Assembly: GCA_903944345.1 (NCBI GenBank)
Contig: CAJARJ010000003.1
Span: 1 to 61,776 of the forward strand
DNA from: Candidatus Omnitrophota bacterium
GTDB lineage: Bacteria; Omnitrophota; Gorgyraeia; Zapsychrales; Fredricksoniimonadaceae
Length of the DNA stretch: 61,776 nt
Direction: 5' to 3'
How positions within the stretch are numbered: the stretch's first letter is position 1; each line of letters opens with the position of its first letter. Both the position numbers and the translations under genes were made by a program. Shown here one piece after another: positions 39,590-48,224 of this stretch. Under the pieces are notes generated by a model. The model was given only the letters and a program-made list of their open reading frames with translations. It did no database searches and was not told the DNA's origin.

Positions 39590-40128
39590 TTGAGAAATTG
39601 TCTCATGAGCAGATTGTCGCACGGCAGCTCGCCGGGCTGGGAGTCTCGCGGTCATCTTTGGCAGTAATACTGGAAGATATCCGCAGCCTTAACAACGTGG
39701 GCTCGATCTTTCGTACTGCCGATGGAGCCGGGATTGAAAAGTTGTGGTTGTGCGGCTATACCGGTTATCCTCCGCAAAGCGGAATTGCCAAAACATCTCT
39801 TGGCGCAGAAGAAAGTGTTCCCTGGGAGTATCGCTCCAGCTCGGTCGAGGTGGCTAGGCAGCTCAAGCAGGAAGGATACCGAATCGTCCTTCTTGAACAG
39901 GCCAGGGACAGTTATAAGATCGGTACTTTTTCCCCTTCGGGCAAAACCTGTCTTGTTCTTGGCAACGAGATTGAGGGGGTGTCATCGCAGCTGTGTGCAA
40001 TGGCGGATGATGCTTTGGAAATCCCCATGAGAGGAATAAAGAATTCCCTGAATGTGTCCGTTGCTTTTGGTATTGCGGCTTATTTCTTAACGGTTAATCC
40101 GCAAGCAGAATCCCGCCGACCCGGTTGA
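39586..40128 (+). CDS. SpoU/TrmH-family RNA 2'-O-methyltransferase
   Basis: NVGSIFRTADGAG, LVLGNEIEGVS and IPMRGIKNSLNVSVAFGI (the three SPOUT motifs). The ATG overlaps the Nudix stop. Confidence 0.88.
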   Translation: MIEKLSHEQIVARQLAGLGVSRSSLAVILEDIRSLNNVGSIFRTADGAGIEKLWLCGYTGYPPQSGIAKTSLGAEESVPWEYRSSSVEVARQLKQEGYRIVLLEQARDSYKIGTFSPSGKTCLVLGNEIEGVSSQLCAMADDALEIPMRGIKNSLNVSVAFGIAAYFLTVNPQAESRRPG

Positions 40129-42304
40129 AATTTCCTGCTGACCAGTCACTCCATTCCTTGATCAGAAAGCTTCCCTGAGCCAGGGCTTCACTGTTTTGTG
40201 TCCGTAGTCCGTCCATTAACAATGTCAGTCCTTTGAGATAGCGATCAAAAAAGATTGTCGTTGTCACGGGGTCTATTTTGCCGAGGATCGCAGGATTTAC
40301 CAGGCGAGCATCCTGGATGCGTTCCTGAATCTCGGTGATCAGAATTTGCAGATTTCCCAGGGAAGTTATGTTCGTATTGGGGATTGGCCGGATGGCTCTG
40401 CGAAAATGCCGTATGGATTTGGCGGTTGCGGAGAAGCTTTCTGCCGGGGCATAGATGCTCAGGATCGGTAATACATGTTTTTTCAGGAAAGTCCGATTGT
40501 TGACGGATATGGTTTCTCTTTGATCTGGACTGTCGGTAACAATCGCGCAGGGGGAAAAAACTCCTCGTGGATAGGCAAGGGAACAGGAAGCGTTATCGCA
40601 GGCAACATGCTCAAGGCGCAGCCTGTCCTTGAATTTTTTTCGAAGCAGAGGCCATAGCGGGTATTCCCATGACTCGCCTTTGAACGAAAGGCCGATGTTG
40701 GGGCAGGCTAATTCGTCCAGTTTTTCCACCGCACGGTCATAGGAAAAACGAAAGTCCGGATTGTTGCTGAAATACTGCGCCTCTCGTGACTGCAGGAAGA
40801 TACTTTTTGGTCCAAACCATGGCCGGGAACGGTTGAGAAAAAGCCAGGGGGCGCTGGCAACAAGAAGAAAAAAGGCCACAGACAATAAAACCCGGCTGCC
40901 TGCTACAGAGAGTGTCCGGGTGATCCAGGGGGCGGCCAGCAAAAAAAGGGGAAGATGATAGCGAACATTAAAAGGTGTCCAGCGGACAAAGATGGTAAAC
41001 AGCAGGAAGCCCGCCAAAAGGCTTAAACCGTAACCGTGGGGATATCCAGCGGAACGTCGCAGAAACAGGTTCCATACAGACACAAGCGCGGACAGAAAGA
41101 TAAGGAGTGTATGCAGAAAGTTGCCGGCAACGTCCTCGTGAAAGGCGTGCCCGGGCAGGTCAAATTTGGGTTGCCCCGGAGACATTTTGTCAAAGTTTCC
41201 GACACTTCGACGTATGATGGTGTTCCATGATTCAAGAGGTAGAGTAAAATGTCCGGCCAGATTTCGTAAAGTGTTGACCAGTATGCTGGAAGCGGAGGGG
41301 TGCTTGATCAGCATGTTTTCTGTTTCCGAGGGGGCTATAAGTGTTTGTGTCAGCTGTAATCCTCGAAGGAGAAACGGGGTGTTTATCGCGCCGAGGATAA
41401 AGATCACGATAGTGGCATGCCCCAGGCCTTTAAGCATGTTTTTGCGCATCAGAAGAGCGCTGGTCCACAGAAAAAAGGGCAGGCCAAAGATAATCCCGGT
41501 GCCTTTGACGCCGGTGGCCAGGGCTATTGAAATTCCGGCCCAGAGGCTGTTCTGTAAGTCCATTGTGCGCATAGACTTGAGCGAGAAAAGAACGAAAGAC
41601 ATAATCCACAAAGAGTTGATCTGTTCGTTCTGGGTGCTGACAGCCTGCAACAGGCCCATGGGAACGGTTAGCGCCACAACAGCAGATATAATCTGTCCCC
41701 GGCGGTCCAGACCAAGTTCTCTGGAGATAAGAACGGCGGCGATCAGGACGCCGGTCATGGCAATCCATTGAGCCATGTTGGCCAGGGAGTCACTACCAGT
41801 CAAAGTTTGCAGATGCAGCAGGATGTAGGCACCTGCGGGAGGATAGTTTAGCTGCTTGAGAACCCAGCTGGGGTAGTTGCTGACGGTGTGGTTTTGTATC
41901 CAGTGCGCAACTCTGGCCATGTGTGTGGTCAGCGAGTCCCAGGTGTTAGGAGGAGTTACCAGAGCGGTTATTCCAAGGGTCAGGCAATAAAGGAAGATGC
42001 CTGTCAGCAGGATAAAATCCTGCCGGTTGTAAGCTTGCGGAGGATTTACTTTGATTGGGAGTTTGTTCCGGAAAAAATCCCCGGAGATGGCAAAGAGAAT
42101 GGCCGCAGAGCAAATCAGCCAAAAACTGAGCAGGCCGGTCAAATCAATAAGGCCGAGCCACCCAAGGGTTTCTGTACTGATAACGATCAGCAGTCCCGTG
42201 GTCAGGAAAGTCTTAAGTAGAGGATCCAGGATCATTCTTCCGCTGCGCAAATGAAAGAACATAAACAGCAGGATAAATGTGCAAAAGACAGAGGCAACGG
42301 GCAT
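40094..42304 (-). CDS. large polytopic membrane protein, putative GT-C-fold glycosyltransferase, with ~270-aa C-terminal soluble domain
   Basis: About 12 or more hydrophobic spans lie in the first ~460 aa. The loop motif PPNTWDSLTTHMARVAHW is reminiscent of ArnT/PMT-like enzymes. The family is not verified. Confidence 0.55.
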   Translation of the reverse strand: MPVASVFCTFILLFMFFHLRSGRMILDPLLKTFLTTGLLIVISTETLGWLGLIDLTGLLSFWLICSAAILFAISGDFFRNKLPIKVNPPQAYNRQDFILLTGIFLYCLTLGITALVTPPNTWDSLTTHMARVAHWIQNHTVSNYPSWVLKQLNYPPAGAYILLHLQTLTGSDSLANMAQWIAMTGVLIAAVLISRELGLDRRGQIISAVVALTVPMGLLQAVSTQNEQINSLWIMSFVLFSLKSMRTMDLQNSLWAGISIALATGVKGTGIIFGLPFFLWTSALLMRKNMLKGLGHATIVIFILGAINTPFLLRGLQLTQTLIAPSETENMLIKHPSASSILVNTLRNLAGHFTLPLESWNTIIRRSVGNFDKMSPGQPKFDLPGHAFHEDVAGNFLHTLLIFLSALVSVWNLFLRRSAGYPHGYGLSLLAGFLLFTIFVRWTPFNVRYHLPLFLLAAPWITRTLSVAGSRVLLSVAFFLLVASAPWLFLNRSRPWFGPKSIFLQSREAQYFSNNPDFRFSYDRAVEKLDELACPNIGLSFKGESWEYPLWPLLRKKFKDRLRLEHVACDNASCSLAYPRGVFSPCAIVTDSPDQRETISVNNRTFLKKHVLPILSIYAPAESFSATAKSIRHFRRAIRPIPNTNITSLGNLQILITEIQERIQDARLVNPAILGKIDPVTTTIFFDRYLKGLTLLMDGLRTQNSEALAQGSFLIKEWSDWSAGNFNRVGGILLAD

Positions 42305-42569
42305 TTTAGATAAACTCCGATAGTGGTGGAGGACTGTGGCTGTTGAGTTGAACTCAGGCGTATCAACAAGCTCACGTCGGTGCTTTCTGATGTCAGATAT
42401 TTTAGGTTATGCCTGTTCAAAGTAAAGGAGTATTTGCCTGATATTTGCCGGTTTCAGGAGACCCGGAAGTTGTTTTTTTGTAAAGACTTTAAATTTTTAT
42501 TTGACTTGGAAGATGCGGTACGTATAATAAAAATCAAGCATTTACAACAACAGCAACAACTCAATCGTT

Positions 42570-42938
42570 ATGGCGATAAGAGATTCTGCTTTAAAAATTG
42601 CATCTGAATTCAAGTCGGCCTTCCTCGTTTCTGCTGCCGAAAAAAAGCCCCGTTCAAATTCGGGGTCTTTTGTTGGTAGAATTGTCGGGGTTAAAAGAAA
42701 GGATAATGCCGTGGTAGATCGTAAAAAGTTACTCCTGATCAAAGAGGTTGTTGAAGAGATCAATCGTCACAAGTGGATTCAGAGCGAGATGGTCGGTTAT
42801 GACATCGGATTCGACAAGGCCGCTGACGACTGGTTCAAAAAATATGCTGCAGTATGGGTCGAGCATCATATGCCCAAGAACGAAAAAAGCACTGAAAAGG
42901 CCGCAACCAAGACTACAAAGAAGTCTGCAAAAAAATAA
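42570..42938 (+). CDS. small hypothetical protein with Lys-rich tail
   Basis: The ORF contains the motif INRHKWIQSEMVGYDIGFDKAADDWFKKY and a KKSAKK tail. ATG 42570 has no SD. An in-frame GTG 7 nt after AAGGA, within the track ORF at 42570-42938, would give a 76-aa product. Confidence 0.5.
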   Translation: MAIRDSALKIASEFKSAFLVSAAEKKPRSNSGSFVGRIVGVKRKDNAVVDRKKLLLIKEVVEEINRHKWIQSEMVGYDIGFDKAADDWFKKYAAVWVEHHMPKNEKSTEKAATKTTKKSAKK

Positions 42939-42966
42939 TTTCTCAGTTGTCAGCCTTGTTAATCAG

Positions 42967-42992
42967 GGCCCGGTAGTCTACCGGGCCTTTTT
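42967..42992 (+). terminator. intrinsic terminator
   Basis: GGCCCGGTA-gtc-TACCGGGCC forms a 9-bp stem followed by TTTTT. Confidence 0.8.
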
Positions 42993-43020
42993 AATCTAAT
43001 TTTACACAAAGGAAGCGGTT

Positions 43021-43767
43021 ATGTACAAACTGGTTTTGATTCGTCATGGAGAGAGTACTTGGAATAAGGAAAACCGTTTTACCGGCTGGACAGATGTGGA
43101 TCTTTCCGAGAAGGGGATGCAGGAAGCCGCCGAGGCCGGACGTTTGCTCAAGGCGGAAGGTTTCGTATTCGATATTGCTTTTACTTCGGTTCTTAAACGA
43201 GCGATCAGAACGTTGTGGTTTGTTCAGGATCAGATGGATCTGTTATGGATCCCGGTCGAAAAGACCTGGCGTCTCAATGAGCGGCATTATGGCGGATTGC
43301 AGGGACTCAACAAATCCGAGATGGCTGCTAAATTTGGTGATGAACAGGTGCATATCTGGCGCCGCAGCTATGATGTTCCTCCTCCAAAGCTGGAAATTTC
43401 TGACGAGAGGTATCCCGGAAAAGATCCGCGTTATCAGAGTCTATCTTCTGCCGAACTTCCTCTTACAGAAGATCTTAAATCCACTGTCGCCAGGGTGATG
43501 CCTTACTGGGAAAAAAACATTGTTCCGGCTATTAAGTCCGGTAAGAAAGTTGTGATTGCGGCCCATGGCAACAGTCTTAGAGCCTTGGTCAAGCACCTCG
43601 ACGGTGTTTCTAATCAGGATATCGTCAGTCTGAATATCCCCACAGGTACTCCGTTGGTGTATGAACTGGATGAAAACCTGAAACCGCTCAGTAGTCGTTA
43701 TCTTGGAGATCAAGAGCGAATTAAGGCTGCAATGGCTTCAGTAGCCAATCAGGGCAAAGCAAAATAA
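43021..43767 (+). CDS. gpmA: 2,3-bisphosphoglycerate-dependent phosphoglycerate mutase
   Basis: [38 protein letters not shown] and [10 protein letters not shown] motifs. Confidence 0.95.
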   Translation: MYKLVLIRHGESTWNKENRFTGWTDVDLSEKGMQEAAEAGRLLKAEGFVFDIAFTSVLKRAIRTLWFVQDQMDLLWIPVEKTWRLNERHYGGLQGLNKSEMAAKFGDEQVHIWRRSYDVPPPKLEISDERYPGKDPRYQSLSSAELPLTEDLKSTVARVMPYWEKNIVPAIKSGKKVVIAAHGNSLRALVKHLDGVSNQDIVSLNIPTGTPLVYELDENLKPLSSRYLGDQERIKAAMASVANQGKAK

Positions 43768-43781
43768 TTCTGCAAAAAAGG

Positions 43782-44786
43782 ATGTGTAGCATGCGTTTTG
43801 ATATTCCTGATACCCCAGATGAGTTGCTGCGCCGCAGCCGTGAGAATATTCGTAACGTTAACCGCTTTATTCCCCTGATTGTTCTGTTTGTCGCGGGAGC
43901 GCTTTTTCTTGTGTCCAGTTTTTATTCGGTCGGACCCGATGAGGTTGGCGTGATTAGACGTTTTGGAAAATATGTCCGGACCGAGCCGCCGGGTCTCAAC
44001 TGGCGTTGGCCTTTTAATATTGAAAAGCTTAATATAGTCAAGGTTCAAAGGGTCATGAAAGAGGAATTTGGCTTTCGCACTGTCCGCAGCGGAGTTCAGT
44101 CCGAGTATTCCCGGGAAGATTTCCAGAATGAGTCTTTGATGTTAACTGGAGATTTTAATGTTATTGATGTCACTTGGGTTGTGCAGTTTCGCATCAAGGA
44201 TCCAGTAAAACTGCTTTTCAATGTCCGCGAGCCCAAAGCAATCATCCGGGATATTTCCGAGGCTGTCATGCGTCAGGTGATCGGGGATACTTCCGTTACC
44301 GAAGCGTTGACCACCCGCAGGATGGAGATTGATCTTGAAGTCCAGACTAGGTTGCAGGAGTTGCTGGATTCTTACGATTGCGGAATACAGGTGCAGTCGG
44401 TTATTCTGCAGGATGTCAATCCTCCCGAGGCTGTCAAAGCGTCCTTTAATGAGGTCAATGAAGCCAAGCAGGAAATGGAAAAGGTCGTTAATCAGGCCTG
44501 GGAGGCTTACAATAAAGTTGTCCCGCGGGCAAGTGGTGAAGCCGAAAAGACTTTGCAGGAGGCGGAAGGCTACGCTGTCATGCGTGTTAACCGGGCCAAA
44601 GGTGATGCAGCCAAGTTTATTGCTACCTGGGATGCTTACAAGCAGGCCAAAGATGTCACCGAAAAGCGGTTGTATCTTGAAGCCATGCAGGAAGTCCTTC
44701 CCAAGGCCGGCAGGAAGTATGTGTTTGATGGCAAGGGGACTCCGGTGCTTCCGTTACTCAATATTAACGAGGGGGGTATCAAATGA
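43782..44786 (+). CDS. hflK: FtsH protease modulator HflK (SPFH/band-7)
   Basis: An N-terminal TM span, then VGPDEVGVIRRFGKY and an SPFH domain with a coiled-coil tail. It is coupled to hflC (ATGA). Confidence 0.88.
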   Translation: MCSMRFDIPDTPDELLRRSRENIRNVNRFIPLIVLFVAGALFLVSSFYSVGPDEVGVIRRFGKYVRTEPPGLNWRWPFNIEKLNIVKVQRVMKEEFGFRTVRSGVQSEYSREDFQNESLMLTGDFNVIDVTWVVQFRIKDPVKLLFNVREPKAIIRDISEAVMRQVIGDTSVTEALTTRRMEIDLEVQTRLQELLDSYDCGIQVQSVILQDVNPPEAVKASFNEVNEAKQEMEKVVNQAWEAYNKVVPRASGEAEKTLQEAEGYAVMRVNRAKGDAAKFIATWDAYKQAKDVTEKRLYLEAMQEVLPKAGRKYVFDGKGTPVLPLLNINEGGIK

Positions 44787-45754
44787 ACAAGTTTCTCCCT
44801 GCAGCTCTTGGCGGGCTTGCCGCCGGACTCGCGCTGATAGTTTTTTCTTCTTTTTATGTGGTTGACGAAACCGAGCAGGTTGTGGTTACCCAGTTCGGCC
44901 AGCCGGTTGGAGAGCCTGTTCGCCAGGCAGGGTTATACTTCAAGAAACCTTTTATCCAGGAAGTGAACCGTTTTGATAAAAGGATTCTGGAGTGGGATGG
45001 AGATCCTAACCAGATCCCGACGCTCGACAAGCGTTACATCTGGATTGACAGTACCGCCCGCTGGCGGATAGTGGATCCGCTCCAGTTTCTTAAATCATTT
45101 GGAACGGAATCGGTCGCCCAGGCTCGTTTGGATGACATTCTGGATGCTGCCACCAGAGATGCTGTTTCATCAAACAATCTGGTCGAAATTATTCGTAATA
45201 CGAATAATATTATCCAACGTGAGCAGTCACGCGTGAAAGATAATAATGATATTGATATGATTCATTTGTCTGATGCCGATCTTGAGTCGGTACGGTTTGG
45301 CCGCGAAACTTTAACCGGAGAGATTCGCAAGCGTGCCGCCCAGCGTTTGTCAGGTTTTGGGATAGAACTGGTGGATATCCGGATTCGCCGGATTAACTAT
45401 GTTCAGGATGTGCTGCGCAAGGTTTTTGAGCGTATGATTTCCGAGCGTAAACGCGCAGCGGAACAATATCGTTCCATGGGGCAAGGCCAGAAAGCCGAGA
45501 TCGAAGGAAAGACCGCGCGTGAGCTGGAGCAGATTCGTTCCGAAGCTTACCGCAAATCGCAGGAGGTTCTGGGTCGTGCGGATGCCGAGGCGATTAATGT
45601 TTACGCTGATGCCTATAATCGGGATCCTGGTTTTTATTCTTTTCTGAAAACCCTGGAAACCTATCGGTCGGCTATTGATGCCAATACGACATTGATGCTT
45701 TCTACTGATAGTGAATTTTTCCGCTTGTTTAAAACGACAGCGCTTCAGCCCTGA
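44783..45754 (+). CDS. hflC: FtsH protease modulator HflC (SPFH/band-7)
   Basis: A TM span, then FYVVDETEQVVVTQFGQP..KKPFIQEV..FDKRIL, as in HflC. Confidence 0.88.
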   Translation: MNKFLPAALGGLAAGLALIVFSSFYVVDETEQVVVTQFGQPVGEPVRQAGLYFKKPFIQEVNRFDKRILEWDGDPNQIPTLDKRYIWIDSTARWRIVDPLQFLKSFGTESVAQARLDDILDAATRDAVSSNNLVEIIRNTNNIIQREQSRVKDNNDIDMIHLSDADLESVRFGRETLTGEIRKRAAQRLSGFGIELVDIRIRRINYVQDVLRKVFERMISERKRAAEQYRSMGQGQKAEIEGKTARELEQIRSEAYRKSQEVLGRADAEAINVYADAYNRDPGFYSFLKTLETYRSAIDANTTLMLSTDSEFFRLFKTTALQP

Positions 45755-45813
45755 GGTATCATAAACCTTGGATCGGAATTAAGTTTGGATAATTGACACT
45801 CGTGAACATAAAA

Positions 45814-45847
45814 AAGCCGCCAGGCCATACAGCCTTGCGGCTTTTTT
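45814..45847 (+). terminator. intrinsic terminator after hflKC
   Basis: AAGCCGCCAGG-ccatacag-CCTTGCGGCTT forms an 11-bp stem with one mismatch, followed by TTTTTT. Confidence 0.8.
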
Positions 45848-45930
45848 ATCTCTTGGACAACGCTTAAACCCGGATTGTGTAATAGGCGTTGAATTTTCTC
45901 AAGATTACTGGAGGTGTTTTGTTTTGCGGC

Positions 45931-45958
45931 TTGATTACGCGAGATTATTCATTATAAT
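45931..45958 (+). promoter_or_regulatory. sigma70-type promoter for prmA (predicts a leaderless mRNA)
   Basis: TTGATT (45931-45936), 16-nt spacer, TATAAT (45953-45958). The prmA ATG lies only 6 nt downstream and has no SD. Confidence 0.55.
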
Positions 45959-45964
45959 CCTTTT

Positions 45965-46840
45965 ATGACGCAAACAGGTGTTGTTGAATTGAGAATTGTT
46001 TTTAAAAAAGATTTGCCGGCAGCCCGGGAGATTCTGGGCCTTTGGCTGTCAACGGCGGGTATTTCTTGTGAACGTCGCATCGAACAAGAGGGGCTTGGCA
46101 AGTCCTTGTCGTCAGTGTCTGTCTATTTTCCGGATCGAACAACAGCATCCGGGGTTTTGCGGCAATTGCAGCAGCAGAAGTTTTCCCATATCAGCAGTTC
46201 TTTGCATACTCATCGCCGTCAAGACTGGGAGTCTGCCTGGAAAAAAGGGTGGAAGCCTTTTTCTTTGACCAGGCGTTTTCATATTATTCCTTTATGGCAG
46301 GAGGATCGTCTTTACCCTGCAGGAAAGGTTCCGGTTTTTTTGGATACGACCAATGCTTTCGGAACCGGGCTCCATGAGACTACCCGTTTTACGGCACAGA
46401 TCATTGACCAGCTTTCCGGAACTTTTTCTTCTTTTCTTGATATTGGTACAGGCAGCGGCATTCTGGCTGTTGTGGCGGCCAGGCTTGGAGCCAGCCGGGT
46501 GCTGGCTTTTGATATTGATCCTGATGCGGTGAGTGTCGCAAAAGCTAATCTTGCGGCTAATAATCTTTCTCTCGTAACGGTGCGCAAAGCAGATATTGCC
46601 CGTTTTGTCCCTCGAAAATTGTTTGATTGTGTTGCCGCCAATCTGGTTACTCCTGATTTGCTTCGTTGTCAGGAGTCGATTGCCGCGTGTGTCGCTCCGG
46701 GAGGGCATCTGGTTGTTTCCGGGATATCTTTGGCCAGTTTGCCGCTTTTTTCCCGGAGTTTCAGTCCGGAAGGCTTTTCCCGGGTCAGATTGGTTAAGGG
46801 GAAAGAATGGGCGGCAGTTTTGTTTCGTCGGCATTTGTAA
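45965..46840 (+). CDS. prmA: ribosomal protein L11 methyltransferase
   Basis: W.KGWKPF, AFGTGLHETTR and FLDIGTGSGILAV..A..LGA..V.AFDIDPDAV motifs. Confidence 0.9.
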   Translation: MTQTGVVELRIVFKKDLPAAREILGLWLSTAGISCERRIEQEGLGKSLSSVSVYFPDRTTASGVLRQLQQQKFSHISSSLHTHRRQDWESAWKKGWKPFSLTRRFHIIPLWQEDRLYPAGKVPVFLDTTNAFGTGLHETTRFTAQIIDQLSGTFSSFLDIGTGSGILAVVAARLGASRVLAFDIDPDAVSVAKANLAANNLSLVTVRKADIARFVPRKLFDCVAANLVTPDLLRCQESIAACVAPGGHLVVSGISLASLPLFSRSFSPEGFSRVRLVKGKEWAAVLFRRHL

Positions 46841-46889
46841 AGAAAAGCTTCTTGCGATTATTCGCAAGGGCCTGGTTTGGAGAATAAAT

Positions 46890-47300
46890 ATGGATGCAAA
46901 AAAACCGTTACCAGTTCCGTTGGGGATGTTGGTCTGCGACAGCATTATCGAGGATCGCCGAACCGGCAAGAAATCATTGATCGGGTTATTCAGCACCGTG
47001 ACCACGCCACAGATGCCTTGTGTGCTGGGGCATTTTGGTGTTTTTATTACAATGACTGAAGGTATCGGGGAATATTCCTGCAGGTTACTTTGCAGTTATG
47101 CCGCAGATGATGCTGTACTTGGAGAGACCAATGGGAATGTCCGTTTCAATGATCGTCGTGAAGTTGTTGAAATCGCTCTCGATGTCAGGGGATTGAGTCT
47201 TGCCAGGTATGGAGAGTACCGTTTTGATTTTTACTGTGGAGGCGGATTACTGATTTCTCGGATGATAACCCTGGTGCCTCCGCCTGCAGTCAAATCCTGA
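46890..47300 (+). CDS. hypothetical protein (136 aa)
   Basis: Clean ORF beginning MDAKKPLPVPLGMLVCDSIIEDRRTGKKSLIGLF. No motif was recognised. The longer track ORF start at 46596 overlaps prmA. Confidence 0.6.
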   Translation: MDAKKPLPVPLGMLVCDSIIEDRRTGKKSLIGLFSTVTTPQMPCVLGHFGVFITMTEGIGEYSCRLLCSYAADDAVLGETNGNVRFNDRREVVEIALDVRGLSLARYGEYRFDFYCGGGLLISRMITLVPPPAVKS

Positions 47301-47367
47301 ATTTTTCTGTCCGGGCCCATGCCTCCCGCGGGGCTATTTCCTATAATCCGTTTGAAATGCATCCGGT

Positions 47368-47387
47368 CGGCGTTATAATAAACGCCG
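47368..47387 (+). terminator. hairpin, possible weak terminator
   Basis: CGGCGTT-ataata-AACGCCG forms a 7-bp stem followed by TTGGTTCTT, an imperfect U-tract. Confidence 0.35.
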
Positions 47388-47470
47388 TTGGTTCTTGTCC
47401 TGGATTTTTCTTAATCCTGATGGGAGTATCTTTACTCGTTAGGGAGAGTTTAACCTAAGTTGGTTTGAGA

Positions 47471-48187
47471 ATGGCAAACAAGTACGTTCTGGGGATATCT
47501 GTTCTCAATGAAGGGGAGAAGCTGCACAGGGTTCTGTCCCGTTTCTCTGACTATTCTCTTTATGATGTCCTAATTATGGATGACGGATCAACCGACGGTT
47601 CAGTGGAAAGAATTCCTCCGAATGAACATGTGTTTGTGGTCCGTCAGGGGGTGAATCGTGGTGCCGGCCATAGTGTGCGGGCGTGTTTGCGTTGGGCCAG
47701 AGCGCGCGGCTACGAGGCGCTTTTCCTTGTGGCAGGTAATGACAAGGATCGTCCCCAGGATGTGGCCAGGCTTGTTGAGGGGATGGCACAGGGGTATGAT
47801 CTTGTCCAGGGCTCGAGATATTTACCGGGCGGAGGCTTTGGCAACATGCCTTTTTATCGCACGATTGCTACAAGGTTTGTTCATCCACTTCTTTTTTCTT
47901 TGATCAGCGGACGCCGGATTACCGACAGCACCAATGGTTTTCGCGCGGTTCGGCTGACATTGCTTGCTGATCCCCGGCTGGATCTGGATCAGGAATGGCT
48001 TGATGGCTATGAACTGGAACCGTATTTGTTTTACAAAGCGATCAAGCTTGGTTACAGGGTCAAGGAGGTTCCGGTGACCAAGATTTATCCTCCCAAAGAG
48101 GATGGTTACACTAAAATGAAGCCGTTTAGCGGCTGGTGGAGTATTTTACGGCCGCTGGTGTATCTCGGGTTAGGCCTAAAAAATTAA
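47471..48187 (+). CDS. family-2 glycosyltransferase (polyprenyl-phosphate sugar synthase, DPM1/ArnC-like)
   Basis: ISVLNEGEKL....DVLIMDDGSTDGS (the GT2 DxD region) and the later NGFRAV motif. The size (~240 aa) fits Dpm1-like enzymes. Confidence 0.85.
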   Translation: MANKYVLGISVLNEGEKLHRVLSRFSDYSLYDVLIMDDGSTDGSVERIPPNEHVFVVRQGVNRGAGHSVRACLRWARARGYEALFLVAGNDKDRPQDVARLVEGMAQGYDLVQGSRYLPGGGFGNMPFYRTIATRFVHPLLFSLISGRRITDSTNGFRAVRLTLLADPRLDLDQEWLDGYELEPYLFYKAIKLGYRVKEVPVTKIYPPKEDGYTKMKPFSGWWSILRPLVYLGLGLKN

Positions 48188-48224
48188 ACGGTGGCTATGT
48201 ATTTTACGGAAGGTCGCGACAGAG

